Origin: a virus
Lineage: Duplodnaviria; Heunggongvirae; Uroviricota; Caudoviricetes
DNA length: 64,000 bases
Reading direction: 5' to 3' (one strand)
Virus record (IMG/VR): IMGVR_UViG_3300033233_000007
Shown: positions 1-9,342 of the stretch, piece after piece
Numbering within the stretch: position 1 is the stretch's first letter
Layout: each line of letters begins with the position of its first letter
Notes under the pieces: generated by a model
The model's database searches: none
What the model saw: the letters and a program-made list of their open reading frames with translations, nothing else
What the model was told of the DNA's origin: nothing
Made by a program: the position numbers and the translations under genes

Positions 1-494
1 GTGAGACTCTCATCGGGCTTGCGCGCCTTCGTCCTTCGCCTCTTCATGACATCCTCCGTCGCTTTTTGCGTGCTTGATCGCGATCCATTTCTTGCCGAGC
101 GCGAGCATTTGAAAGTCGATGTAGAGCGCCGCCGGCATCGTGATCGTCACGGGTTTGGCGTTGACGACCGTTCGACCTTCCCCTATCCACACCCACTCAG
201 CGGACCTGGGCGCCTTCGTCTTTCGCTTCGTCTTTCGCTTCATCTTCCTCCGTTTCTCTAATCTCTTCTTCCCACGTCGCGCTCTGACTGATGCAGGAGT
301 CGCACGGCTCCCATCGCAGGACGACGCCATAGTTGCCGACGTGCTGGCCGTCCCTGTACAACCGGCACGGCTGCTCGGGGCCCCACACGACATCGCTCTT
401 TTTGTGCTCGTCGAAGCACGGGCTGTCGGCCCGCTCCCATAGCGTGTGATGGTTGCAGAAAAACCAGACCCAGATGCTCTTGACGGTGGACATT

Positions 495-680
495 TTACGC
501 TCCCGCTTTCCTCTGATGCTCGCTCCACTCCTTCAGCTTCACGACCTTGCCGCAGAAACACAAGGCGCGCTTGCCGTCCTTGAGCGGCAGGGCAATGCCG
601 TGGGACCACATGGTCGGTCCGACGATCGCAGACTCGAAGACCGGCCGCTTCGGCGCAGGCGTTTTCGTGGCTTTCTTCAA
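495..680 (-). CDS. small hypothetical protein (61 aa), TTG start
   Basis: ORF preceded by TTTTAGGAGAG RBS. A 50-nt segment is repeated in inverted orientation at 63652-63705. Confidence 0.3.
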   Translation of the reverse strand: MKKATKTPAPKRPVFESAIVGPTMWSHGIALPLKDGKRALCFCGKVVKLKEWSEHQRKAGA

Positions 681-706
681 CGGCGCAATAAGTCTCTCCT
701 AAAATG

Positions 707-944
707 ACCGCGACCCCGACCGCGACCACGACCCCGACCGCGACCACGACCCCGACCGCGACCACGACCGCGACCACGACCGCGACCCCGACCCCGACCA
801 CGACCACGACCCCGACCGCGACCACGACCGCGACCACGACCACGACCCCGACCACGACCACGACCGCGACCACGACCCCGACCCCGACCACGACCACGAC
901 CGCGACCACGACCGCGACCCCGACCGCGACCGCGACCATGACCC
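707..944. repeat. tandem hexanucleotide array (GACCNC)n, about 40 units
   Basis: Direct reading: gaccgcgaccccgaccgcgaccacgacc..., a perfect 6-nt periodicity. Confidence 0.9.
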
Positions 945-964
945 TATCATCATCTGCCCAGGCG

Positions 965-1240
965 TCACTTCACTTCTCTCGGCAGCGGATGCGACCATGG
1001 AGCGACGTCAACAATGGCCTGACGACTGACCGACACGACCCCGGTACCCGGATACGGCTCCACTTCGTCCAGCGTTCCCTTCTCGAGCGCCGCGGCGTAC
1101 CGGCCCGTACTGGCGATCCATGCCGCGGATTTCAGCACGATCTCGGACGGCGACAATAGGGCGATCTCGCCCGTGTAATAGTTCGTCACCGTGCGGATCA
1201 ACACGACGGAACCGACGCGAAGCGGACTGACGATCTTCAT
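965..1240 (-). CDS. hypothetical protein (91 aa) with an inverted duplicate at 63787..>64000
   Basis: Protein MKIVSPLRVGSVVLIRTVTNYYTGE... is identical to the translation of the + strand at the right window end. RBS AGGAGAGGG. Confidence 0.5.
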   Translation of the reverse strand: MKIVSPLRVGSVVLIRTVTNYYTGEIALLSPSEIVLKSAAWIASTGRYAAALEKGTLDEVEPYPGTGVVSVSRQAIVDVAPWSHPLPREVK

Positions 1241-1281
1241 ACCCTCTCCTAAAAACGATTCCTACGAACCCCTATGGCCGC

Positions 1282-2340
1282 TCACGCTCGGCCCTCGGCT
1301 TTCTTCAAAAACTCCAGTCCCAGTTTAGCGAGAACCTCCGCCCTCTCTCCCCCGTACCTCACGGCGTACTGCCTCACGACGACTTCGATCTTCATGGACG
1401 CGTCGATCTTCATTCGGTCCTCGGAAGGCCGCACGACCTTTGGCGTGCTGGCCTGGATCGCAAAACCGCGTGCGCGACGCCTGAGTTCGGCCGTCAGATC
1501 GTCGGCAAGAACTTTCGGAAGCTCCTCGTCGAAAACGATCTGTACGAAGTTGCCGTCGATCGCGGCCATCCCGTCTTCGAGATTGTCTTTCGTGACGCGC
1601 ACAAATTTCGGATAGCCCGACAGCGGCACGAATTCGAGCTTCACCTGTCCGTTGAGTTCGGCGATCCAGAAGCCGCGGTCCTGGCCGACGTCTCCCCACG
1701 TATGCTGAAGCGGAGCGCCAGGAATTAGAAGGTCGATCGGCGAGTCCACGCCCTTCTTGAAGTGACGGTACTTGTGATAATGGCCCGAGATCACGAGGGA
1801 CTTGGCCAGAAGCGGGGCGTCGTCGGGCTTGAGGTCGTGTTCAAACGCGCTCACGAAATACTCGCTCAGTTCCGCGCCGACGATGCCCTGATGGAGGATC
1901 GCAACGTCGGCCGGCCCGTCCTTTGGCAGCGCCTGAGACCCGTAGGGCCGGCCCCAGAACCGCACACCCTCGATCTCTGCGTACTCGTTGTCGAGAATGT
2001 TGAAGCCCACGTCCTGAAGCGCGTTGAGGACGGTGAGGTTCTTCAGCCGCGCGGCCTGATCGTGGTTGCCGTTGACGACGAGGACGGGGATTCCGAGGCG
2101 GCATAGGTCGCGGGCTTCCTTGGCCAGAAGGTCCAGAACGTGAACGTCCATCTTCTGGACGTGGCCGACGTCACCGGCGATGACGACGGCGTCGCACTTA
2201 CGGTCCACGGCGATGCGGCCCAAGTCCTTAAAAACGCGGAGCGTGTCCATGAGACGGCTGTTGAGGCCGGTCTCAGGATCGATGGTACTGAAGGCGGCCC
2301 AGTCATGGACATGGAAATCGCTCCCGGCCAGCAGTCTCAT
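1282..2340 (-). CDS. SbcD/Mre11-like metallophosphoesterase nuclease
   Basis: Calcineurin-like motifs are present: GSDFHVHD, VVIAGDVGH, VNGNHD, ISGHYH. Confidence 0.8.
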   Translation of the reverse strand: MRLLAGSDFHVHDWAAFSTIDPETGLNSRLMDTLRVFKDLGRIAVDRKCDAVVIAGDVGHVQKMDVHVLDLLAKEARDLCRLGIPVLVVNGNHDQAARLKNLTVLNALQDVGFNILDNEYAEIEGVRFWGRPYGSQALPKDGPADVAILHQGIVGAELSEYFVSAFEHDLKPDDAPLLAKSLVISGHYHKYRHFKKGVDSPIDLLIPGAPLQHTWGDVGQDRGFWIAELNGQVKLEFVPLSGYPKFVRVTKDNLEDGMAAIDGNFVQIVFDEELPKVLADDLTAELRRRARGFAIQASTPKVVRPSEDRMKIDASMKIEVVVRQYAVRYGGERAEVLAKLGLEFLKKAEGRA

Positions 2341-2343
2341 CGT

Positions 2344-3354
2344 TTATCTCTTCGGCTCGTCACGGCCTTGAAGGTCCATGACATTCTTAATGGGCTTGAG
2401 AATCTCCGGGTGTTCGAGGAACACGCGCTCCCATTCCGTGTCCTTAAAGGCGTAGTCGCCGAACTTCATCATCGGCGACCCCTCCTCAACCTTGATGCGG
2501 CCGTGGCGGACCAACACTTCCTTCAGGCCGCTGTAGGGCTCGAAGCCCGTGTCGAACTTGAAGCGAAGCGTGGCGTGGCGAAACGGCGGCCCCAGCGCGT
2601 TCTTGATGGCTTCGACCTCCACGAGAATGCCGCTGACGACGCCCGTCGTGGGGCTCGAAATCATGCCTTCCTTCTTGAACATGAGCCGCGCGCTGGCGTG
2701 GTACTTGGGCGCACGGCCGCCGGGGCTGTCCTTGTACGCGAACAACCCGCCGATGTTCATTCGAAGCTGATTGACGCCGATGAACGCCACGTTCTTGCGG
2801 TGCAGTTGACCGAGGATGGCGCGGAAGCTGGCGCTGATGAGCCGGGCCCGCTTGGCCATCTCAGGCTTGCCAGGATCGTAGTCCTCATCAAGCTCCTCGA
2901 TCAGCGGGGTCGCAGCCAGAGAGTCCAACACTACGACCGTCGGAACATCGGGATCGGCAGTCTGGGCGACGCGACCAAGGAGCTTAATCGCCGCTTCCAA
3001 GGACTCGCCGACGCTGTAGCCGATAGCGTCGAAATTAACGCCCATCTTCTCCGCGAAACTTCGGTCCGTCTTGGACTCAGGGTCGATGAGGATGGCTGCG
3101 CCCCCCGCCCGCTGGAACGCGGCGATAGCCGCATAGCAGAAAGCGCTCTTGGCTGTCGACGGGTCGCCAAGGCACTCGATGTACCGTCCGCACGGGATTC
3201 CGTCACCGAGGATGATGTCGATGGCGTGAATCCCCGTGCGGATACACCGTGCGTGCCTGTACTCCTGAAGCTGAGCGATCAGACGGGCCAAGGTCGGCGC
3301 ACTAGGCGCCGCCTTGACCAGTCTGACCTTCTTGGGCTTTTGAGGCTTCCGCAT
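2344..3354 (-). CDS. RecA/RadA-like recombinase (Sak4/UvsX-type)
   Basis: Walker A GDPSTAKS and Walker B VVVLDSLAA. The size and layout are RecA-fold. Confidence 0.7.
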   Translation of the reverse strand: MRKPQKPKKVRLVKAAPSAPTLARLIAQLQEYRHARCIRTGIHAIDIILGDGIPCGRYIECLGDPSTAKSAFCYAAIAAFQRAGGAAILIDPESKTDRSFAEKMGVNFDAIGYSVGESLEAAIKLLGRVAQTADPDVPTVVVLDSLAATPLIEELDEDYDPGKPEMAKRARLISASFRAILGQLHRKNVAFIGVNQLRMNIGGLFAYKDSPGGRAPKYHASARLMFKKEGMISSPTTGVVSGILVEVEAIKNALGPPFRHATLRFKFDTGFEPYSGLKEVLVRHGRIKVEEGSPMMKFGDYAFKDTEWERVFLEHPEILKPIKNVMDLQGRDEPKR

Positions 3355-4221
3355 CTACTTCTTCAAGAAAGTCCTGAGCTTGTCCTTGAGCCGGTCCTCA
3401 AGCTGAGGATTCGCGGGAGCCGAGGACGCCGGCTGAGCCGCAGGCGCAGACTGCGCGGCCGGGGGCGGCAGCGCGGGTTCGTCGTCGGCCGTCTCGACTT
3501 CGTCCTTTCCGCCTTCTTCGGTCAGGGTCTTAGCCGCCATGAAGTCAGAAGCGGGCATTTGACCGGAACAGAAGGCCGCGATCTCCTCGGAGGTCTTCAC
3601 GCGGCCGTTGATGATCTGGTCAAGGTTGTTAAGCCTTTGCAGAACAGTCTTGTCCTTGAGGGGACACGAACCGGCCTCGACGAGGGCGAGATAGTCGGGG
3701 AACGTCTCGCCGTCGCCGGTACGCTTGCTTTTCTTTTCGAGGTTGACGTTGTTACCCTTCTCCGCGTCCTCGAAAGGGAGAATGGCCCCCGTGGAACTAC
3801 CGACCTGCTGACGGCGAAGCTGATGCAAGACCTTCTCCCCGTAGGGATAAATCTTGACGTCGCTCGGGCTGCTAACGACGATGATATTCGAGCACGCCCG
3901 CGACTTGGAGCGCAGCTTGCCCGCAAGCTTCTTGTCGGCCTCGTCCTTCGTATTCCAAAGACCGCGCACGAAATCACAAAGCGTGCAGTGGGCCGCGATC
4001 GTCGCCTTCGGACAAGTGATCGCCACGCGATCCCCCGTCTTCGGGTCGTCGAAATAGTGAACGCCGTATTCCTTGTACCACACGTCCGAGCCGGTCCACG
4101 GCGGGAGAATGCGGATGAGATAGTTGCCGTCCTCTTGCGGCGTCCACCATCCGCGCTCGCGCTCTTCCATGCGCTTCTGCTGCTGCCGGAAGTTCTCCTT
4201 GATCTTATCGTAATTCGTCAT
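3355..4221 (-). CDS. putative ssDNA-binding protein (gp32-like), start at MTNYDK
   Basis: Cys/His zinc cluster CPKATIAAHCTLC and an acidic C-terminal tail. AAGGAG RBS before the ATG at 4221. It sits in the replication block. Confidence 0.4.
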   Translation of the reverse strand: MTNYDKIKENFRQQQKRMEERERGWWTPQEDGNYLIRILPPWTGSDVWYKEYGVHYFDDPKTGDRVAITCPKATIAAHCTLCDFVRGLWNTKDEADKKLAGKLRSKSRACSNIIVVSSPSDVKIYPYGEKVLHQLRRQQVGSSTGAILPFEDAEKGNNVNLEKKSKRTGDGETFPDYLALVEAGSCPLKDKTVLQRLNNLDQIINGRVKTSEEIAAFCSGQMPASDFMAAKTLTEEGGKDEVETADDEPALPPPAAQSAPAAQPASSAPANPQLEDRLKDKLRTFLKK

Positions 4222-4231
4222 CGAACACTCC

Positions 4232-4717
4232 TTAACCCAAATGAAGGTTCTTCTTGATCCTGTCGACCTCGGCAGCGCTGGGAGACGACCCTTCGCCACC
4301 ACGACTCCTGGCCAACTGGACCAGGGTGTCTTTTCTCATGTAAAAGGAATCCCGAAGGACGTTGAGCAGACGCTCGGACTCTTCGGCAATCTGCGCCCGA
4401 TGACACAGGTCGCGATAGGTCTCGTCGGACCGCACAACCGCCTTGATGGCGGCCTCGGTCGGCTTCTTCTTTTCTCCTTCGGTTTTCTCACGCTCGGCGA
4501 CCGACAGCGTATACTCAAGCTCGCTGAGTTCGGCATCAACGCGGACGCGGTGCGACCGCGCACGTTCATGGATCACGGCGAACCACGCGTAGAGCGACGC
4601 CTGCCGCCCCAGTTCGAAGTCAATGTCATCGCGGTCGATCTGAAGCTCTTTGGCGAGGTCGAAATTCAGAGTCTCGTCGCCGACGACGATCTTCAAGACG
4701 TGCGTGCGGTCGGGCAT
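4232..4717 (-). CDS. hypothetical protein (161 aa)
   Basis: ORF lying between the SSB-like gene and the polymerase, on the same strand. Confidence 0.45.
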   Translation of the reverse strand: MPDRTHVLKIVVGDETLNFDLAKELQIDRDDIDFELGRQASLYAWFAVIHERARSHRVRVDAELSELEYTLSVAEREKTEGEKKKPTEAAIKAVVRSDETYRDLCHRAQIAEESERLLNVLRDSFYMRKDTLVQLARSRGGEGSSPSAAEVDRIKKNLHLG

Positions 4718-7700
4718 TACGTGGTCTCCGAAAAAGCCGACTTCAAAGCGGCATGGTAGATGCGAGCAAATTTTCTGACGGCGGACTCGAAGACGGATAG
4801 TTGCGCGGGTTCGCGAAGGACCATGTTCGGGTGAATCGCACCCACGACGAGCGCGCCGGCGTCGGTCTTAAACGTGGAGCCGTTGGCTTTGACGATGCTG
4901 CCTTTGCCGCCCACGGCCTCCCACGCCCGTCTGCCCAGCGCGAGAATCAACGAGGGCTTGATCTCGTCGATCTCCTTCTTGAGCCACGGGCACTCGGGCG
5001 TCTTTTCCTCACCGGCGTAGGGCCGGCACTTGAACGCATTCGAGATGACCAGGTGTTCCCTGTTGATTTTGAGATGCTCGAGCAGAGCCATAATCAGTTC
5101 GCCCGACTCTCCGAGGAGGGGCCTTCCGCGCCGATCCTCCACGCGGCCGGGGTCCTGGCCGACGACCATAACGTTCCACTTCCCGACCTCGACGGGCACG
5201 GGGGCGCGACAGAATTTCCTGCGGTCGCATTGGGTGCAGAGCTTCGTCTCTTCGGCGAGCATGGGCACGCGCTTGGCCGGCCGGATTTGAGGAAGCACGC
5301 GGTCGGCGCCCGTCGCGGCGTCGATAAGGCCGCCGGGCAGCTTTCTGAGCTTGAGCCGATCTTTGAACTCGTAGTAATTCTGGTAAGGCCCGTGCGACGA
5401 GCGCTCATCGAAGATGCCTTTAGCGAAGGCCGCCGTGACGCCGGGGATGTCGAGCAGGGCTCGGCGGACGCCGCCGTTTTGCGGCGTCCAGAAAATGTCG
5501 GAGTGGTTGAAGCTGAAGGGCAGAACCTCAACGCCCATTTCCTCCATCTCGTCGAGAAGCTGGCGTTTCATTTCATCGCCCTTCTTGTTCTCCTTGTCTT
5601 CGGCGACGTTAAGCGCGGAGGCGTAAAGGTCGAGCGTGCGATGGCGCTTAAGCCAGCCGATCTGATAAGCCAAGAGCGAGTAGGCCGTGGCGTGGCTTTT
5701 GTTGAACGAATAACGCCCCATCCCCTCAAGCTGATCCCACAGCGCCGCGCCCTCTTCCGCCGTCAGCGTCTTTTGCCGCAGACATCCTTCGACGAACTTG
5801 CTCTTCCATGCAGCGAACGATTGCGCGCCCGTGAGCTTCTTGGCAATGGATTTTCGGACGCCGTCGGCCTCCGTCCACGAGAAGCCGGCGACGCGCGTGC
5901 ACAGCATCATCACGTCTTCCTGGAAGACAATCAACCCGGCAGGGTCCTCGTGATAGCGGTTGGCGAGGCCCGCGGGGTCCGTCTGGCCGAGCCCGCCGGG
6001 ACGGAAGGCCGCATTCGCGAACACCGTGTCTTCGAACTTCGCAGGCTTGAGCATCATGAGAAACGCCTTCATCCCCGACGTGGAGAATTGCGGCGTACCT
6101 GCGGTGCGGCCTTCGGAGAAGTCCGTATAGACGGCGGCATCATCGAGCGGAATCATCGCCAGCGCGCTCTCGAAAGGGGCGAGGATGTCCAGCGTACTGT
6201 TGCCCAGAAGGTCGATCTTCAGATGGCCGATGTCGTCGGCGTCCTGAAGGTCCCAGCAAAGCAGGCCGTTGACCATGTAGCCGCGACCGAGCCCATTTAT
6301 GGGAGAACTGGAAATTACGAATCCACCGGCGTGCGCCCCGGTCTGACGGACTTTCCCGACGAGGCGGTTGGCAAATTCGGCCGCGAGCGTACTGAGCTTT
6401 CGAAGCTCGGCCACGACGGGATGGCCGTCGAGCGTCTTTCGTTCGTCTTCGGCCCAATCCGTTTCCTCATCAGGGTCGTGAAGCTTCACATTTTTCTCAA
6501 GGTCCTTGAGCACGCCGTAAGTGCGGGCCGCGTCGCGGGCGGCTTGGCGAACGCCGTACTTCGAGTACGTCGCGATCTGGGCCACGCGCTCGGCGCCGAA
6601 GACCTCGCTGAGAATTTCGGGAACGCGTCGGCGCACGGCCACAGGCAGATCGAGGTCGACGTCAGGGAGAGAGCCGACTCGTCCTGGGGCGTAGAACCTT
6701 TCGAATATGAGGTCGTGCCTGATGGGATCGAGAATCGAAATGCCCAGAAGGTGCGCCACGAGGCAGCCGCCGACGGAGCCGCGGGGGCCCACGAGCGCCC
6801 CACGCTTCTTGAACTCGTCGACGACTTTCTGCACGAGCAGCAGATACTCCGCGAGGCCGGCTTCGATGAGCGTCTTAAGCTCGTACTCCGCACGGTCGTA
6901 GTATTTCGGTTTGTCGGGGACATTGAGCTTCGAGAGCGCGGCGTCGACGCGTTCGATGAGCACCGTATTAGGATCATCGCAGACCTTGGCGATGGGCAGA
7001 CGGTCGTGCGGGAGGTCCGTGATCTCGCAGCGGTCGGCGATCTCCGCTGTCGTGGCGATGGCGCGAACGGCTTCGTCTTCGGTCAGGCCCGCCTTTTGCA
7101 GGTGCTCGTAGATTTCGCCCGGCGTCATGAGGTAGCTCATCTTCGTCGAGAACTTCCACGCCTTGGGGTCGTCGATGGCCTTCAGATCGGCCACGGCCAA
7201 GAGCGCGTCGTGGAAGGGCTTGTCGGTGGCGCACGCGAAGTGGCAGTCAACGCTCGCCGAAATGGGCCGGTTGAAGTGATCGGCCAACTGGACGACGATG
7301 CGGTTGAGCTTGATCTGCTCGTCCCAGTCGTCGACGGGCATGACCTCGAAATAGAAATCATCGCCGTAGGCCTTGACGAAGGGCTCAAGGTCGTCGATGG
7401 CTTTCTCCGATTTCCAAAACGGTGAACTGTAGCAGCCGGAAAGGACGACGAGACCCGAGCCAGCAGCTTCAAGCACCTTCGCCAGCGGCACGGTCAGGCG
7501 CTTGAGGCGCTTCTTTTCGATGACGCCGGAGCCGAGGATAGAGGAAAGGGCGGCGAAGCCCTTCAAGTCGCGGCAGAGGACCGTGAGGTGGAAAATTTTA
7601 TCGCCGTCATAGGCCGTCGTAACGTAAAGCTCGCACCCCAAAATCGGCTTGATGCCGGTCTTGCGGCAGGAGGCGATGAAGCGGGGGATGCCGCTGATCG

Positions 7701-7827
7701 AGCCGTGGTCCGTGATGGAGCAGGCCGAGAAGCCCGCCGCCTTAGCGAGTGTCGGAAGCTCGTCTACGCGGATCAGGCTGTCGCGGTAGCTGTGATCCGT
7801 GTGGGCGTGTAAGAGCGCGATGTTCAC
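4717..7827 (-). CDS. dnaE: DnaE-type DNA polymerase III alpha (PHP + polymerase core) fused to a C-terminal family-4 uracil-DNA glycosylase domain
   Basis: N-terminal PHP segment MNIALLHAHTDHSY. DnaE core motifs GPRGSVGGCLVAHLLGISILDP and AHAGGFVIS. The C-terminal 150 aa carry a CxxC cluster, GQDPG, GRPLLGESGELI and HPN, which are UDG4-like. Confidence 0.85.
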   Translation of the reverse strand: MNIALLHAHTDHSYRDSLIRVDELPTLAKAAGFSACSITDHGSISGIPRFIASCRKTGIKPILGCELYVTTAYDGDKIFHLTVLCRDLKGFAALSSILGSGVIEKKRLKRLTVPLAKVLEAAGSGLVVLSGCYSSPFWKSEKAIDDLEPFVKAYGDDFYFEVMPVDDWDEQIKLNRIVVQLADHFNRPISASVDCHFACATDKPFHDALLAVADLKAIDDPKAWKFSTKMSYLMTPGEIYEHLQKAGLTEDEAVRAIATTAEIADRCEITDLPHDRLPIAKVCDDPNTVLIERVDAALSKLNVPDKPKYYDRAEYELKTLIEAGLAEYLLLVQKVVDEFKKRGALVGPRGSVGGCLVAHLLGISILDPIRHDLIFERFYAPGRVGSLPDVDLDLPVAVRRRVPEILSEVFGAERVAQIATYSKYGVRQAARDAARTYGVLKDLEKNVKLHDPDEETDWAEDERKTLDGHPVVAELRKLSTLAAEFANRLVGKVRQTGAHAGGFVISSSPINGLGRGYMVNGLLCWDLQDADDIGHLKIDLLGNSTLDILAPFESALAMIPLDDAAVYTDFSEGRTAGTPQFSTSGMKAFLMMLKPAKFEDTVFANAAFRPGGLGQTDPAGLANRYHEDPAGLIVFQEDVMMLCTRVAGFSWTEADGVRKSIAKKLTGAQSFAAWKSKFVEGCLRQKTLTAEEGAALWDQLEGMGRYSFNKSHATAYSLLAYQIGWLKRHRTLDLYASALNVAEDKENKKGDEMKRQLLDEMEEMGVEVLPFSFNHSDIFWTPQNGGVRRALLDIPGVTAAFAKGIFDERSSHGPYQNYYEFKDRLKLRKLPGGLIDAATGADRVLPQIRPAKRVPMLAEETKLCTQCDRRKFCRAPVPVEVGKWNVMVVGQDPGRVEDRRGRPLLGESGELIMALLEHLKINREHLVISNAFKCRPYAGEEKTPECPWLKKEIDEIKPSLILALGRRAWEAVGGKGSIVKANGSTFKTDAGALVVGAIHPNMVLREPAQLSVFESAVRKFARIYHAALKSAFSETT

Positions 7828-7833
7828 TCACAA

Positions 7834-7852
7834 AGCTATAGTAGTCAGGGCA
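7834..7852 (-). promoter_or_regulatory. phage-type (T7-like) promoter motif CCCTGACTACTATAG, reverse copy facing dnaE
   Basis: Reverse complement of the recurring motif, about 10 nt upstream of the dnaE start at 7827. Confidence 0.5.
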
Positions 7853-7920
7853 TCCGCGTTCACGCCCGAGATTCTGAAAATAGTTCAACGAGTTTCGGAT
7901 TTGCGGCCGCGAACATGGAA

Positions 7921-7937
7921 GGGCCGACTACTATAGC
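7921..7937 (+). promoter_or_regulatory. phage-type promoter motif GGGCCGACTACTATAG
   Basis: Resembles ssRNAP promoters (T7 CGACTCACTATAG). It lies 8 nt upstream of the ATG at 7945. Confidence 0.5.
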
Positions 7938-7944
7938 TAAATAG

Positions 7945-9342
7945 ATGGAGATCGTCGTCGACAACGTCCTGAGCTACGTGAATGGCACGAAAGACGAATA
8001 CCGCGCCCTCGACAAGCTCCTGGCCGTGGAAGTCAAAAACGCATTCTGGATCAAGCAGCATACGCCTCAGTTCGACGGCATGTGGCACGCCTTCAACCGC
8101 CTTCGCGGCAGCTTTCCGACGGGACTGATCGGGCGCGTGCGGAAGGGGTTCCCCCTCGCCAAAATTCATGACCGCCGCGTGAAGCCACGGATCATCATGC
8201 AACCGAAACCCGACATGCTCAAGACGATAACGCTGGCGGACTTTCAACTGGACGCGATCACGGCGGCACTTCATCACGGGCGCGGCGTGCTGGCCTTGGC
8301 CGTGAATTCCGGCAAGAGCGCGTGTGCCACGGCGATTTCGCTCTGCGTCGCCGGCCGCACGCTCTGGCTCGTCCACCGCAAGGACCTCATGTACCAATCG
8401 GCGGAAATGTACGAGCAGTACACGGGGCAGAAACCCGCGCGGTTCGGCGACCACATCTACGAGGATATCACGACCCGCGCCGTCACCATCGCCATCGTCC
8501 AGGCTATCAATCTGGCGCTCGACGGTCAGAAAAATATGCTCGAGGGCTTCTCGACACTCATACTCGACGAGGGGCACGCACTAGGGCCCCCTAAGCGTTT
8601 TTATAAAGTCGCGCAGTTCTGCCCCGCTTACGTCAGGATCGCCATGAGCGGTACACCTTGGAACCCAAAAGACCCCGAGCGCAATCTCAAGCTCGAGGCG
8701 ACGACGGGGCCCGAAATCGCCAAGATTAAATCCTCCAAGCTCATCGAGATCGGATGGAGCGCGCGGCCGACAATGTTCTACCACGACGGCTTCGGCGGCG
8801 CCCGCAGCTTCGGACCATGGGCCGAGGCGCGACGCACGGTCATCGAAGACTGCCCGAACCGTAATCGCATTGTCCTGGCCGTCGCGCGCAAAGCCGCAGA
8901 GGAGGGCAAGGCGTGCCTTATCATGTGCGACACGATCCGCCATTGTCGCATGATCTGCGATCACCTCGTCGAACTCAATCTCGACGCAAAGCTCGTCACA
9001 GGCCAGCATAAGGGAAAAGACCGCGTCGAGGTCCGGCAGAACTTCCGCGCGGGCATCGTACCGATCGTCGTTTCGAGCCCAACTTGGGACGCCGGAATTA
9101 GCATAGAAAATATCAGAATTCTCGTCATCGCCGCCGGAGGCGAGTCCGCCCAGCGCTATCTGCAACGCGTGGGCCGCGGCATGCGTATCATGAAAAATAA
9201 AACCGCCGTCGAAATCCACGACTTCGTCGACGGCGGCTCCAAGCACACGCTCAAGCACACGATCTCGCGGATCAAGACGGCGCGAGACGAGGGCTTCGAG
9301 ATCGTCGAGGTCGATCATTCCAAGGAGACGGCCAATGCCTGA
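7945..9342 (+). CDS. SF2 DNA/RNA helicase (DEGH box)
   Basis: Motifs AVNSGKS, LILDEGH, SGTP and QRVGRGMR. Confidence 0.8.
   Translation: MEIVVDNVLSYVNGTKDEYRALDKLLAVEVKNAFWIKQHTPQFDGMWHAFNRLRGSFPTGLIGRVRKGFPLAKIHDRRVKPRIIMQPKPDMLKTITLADFQLDAITAALHHGRGVLALAVNSGKSACATAISLCVAGRTLWLVHRKDLMYQSAEMYEQYTGQKPARFGDHIYEDITTRAVTIAIVQAINLALDGQKNMLEGFSTLILDEGHALGPPKRFYKVAQFCPAYVRIAMSGTPWNPKDPERNLKLEATTGPEIAKIKSSKLIEIGWSARPTMFYHDGFGGARSFGPWAEARRTVIEDCPNRNRIVLAVARKAAEEGKACLIMCDTIRHCRMICDHLVELNLDAKLVTGQHKGKDRVEVRQNFRAGIVPIVVSSPTWDAGISIENIRILVIAAGGESAQRYLQRVGRGMRIMKNKTAVEIHDFVDGGSKHTLKHTISRIKTARDEGFEIVEVDHSKETANA

Noticed and set aside
707-944. CRISPR array?
   Set aside because: Units are 6 nt with no spacers, and there are no cas genes. 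It is a simple tandem microsatellite.
10-1159. Long ORFs 10-939 (minus) and 704-1159 (plus) spanning the hexamer array
   Set aside because: They are pure translations of the (GACCNC)n repeat (GVGVVVAV or TATTTP). Mutually antisense frames are both open only because of the periodicity.
4801-7425. 874-aa ORF antisense to dnaE, 705-aa ORF antisense to the recA/SSB genes (2140-4257), and 510-aa ORF antisense to the primase (15296-16828)
   Set aside because: High-GC shadow ORFs opposite genes with clear homology. They have no RBS and low-complexity Arg/Gly/Ala-rich translations.
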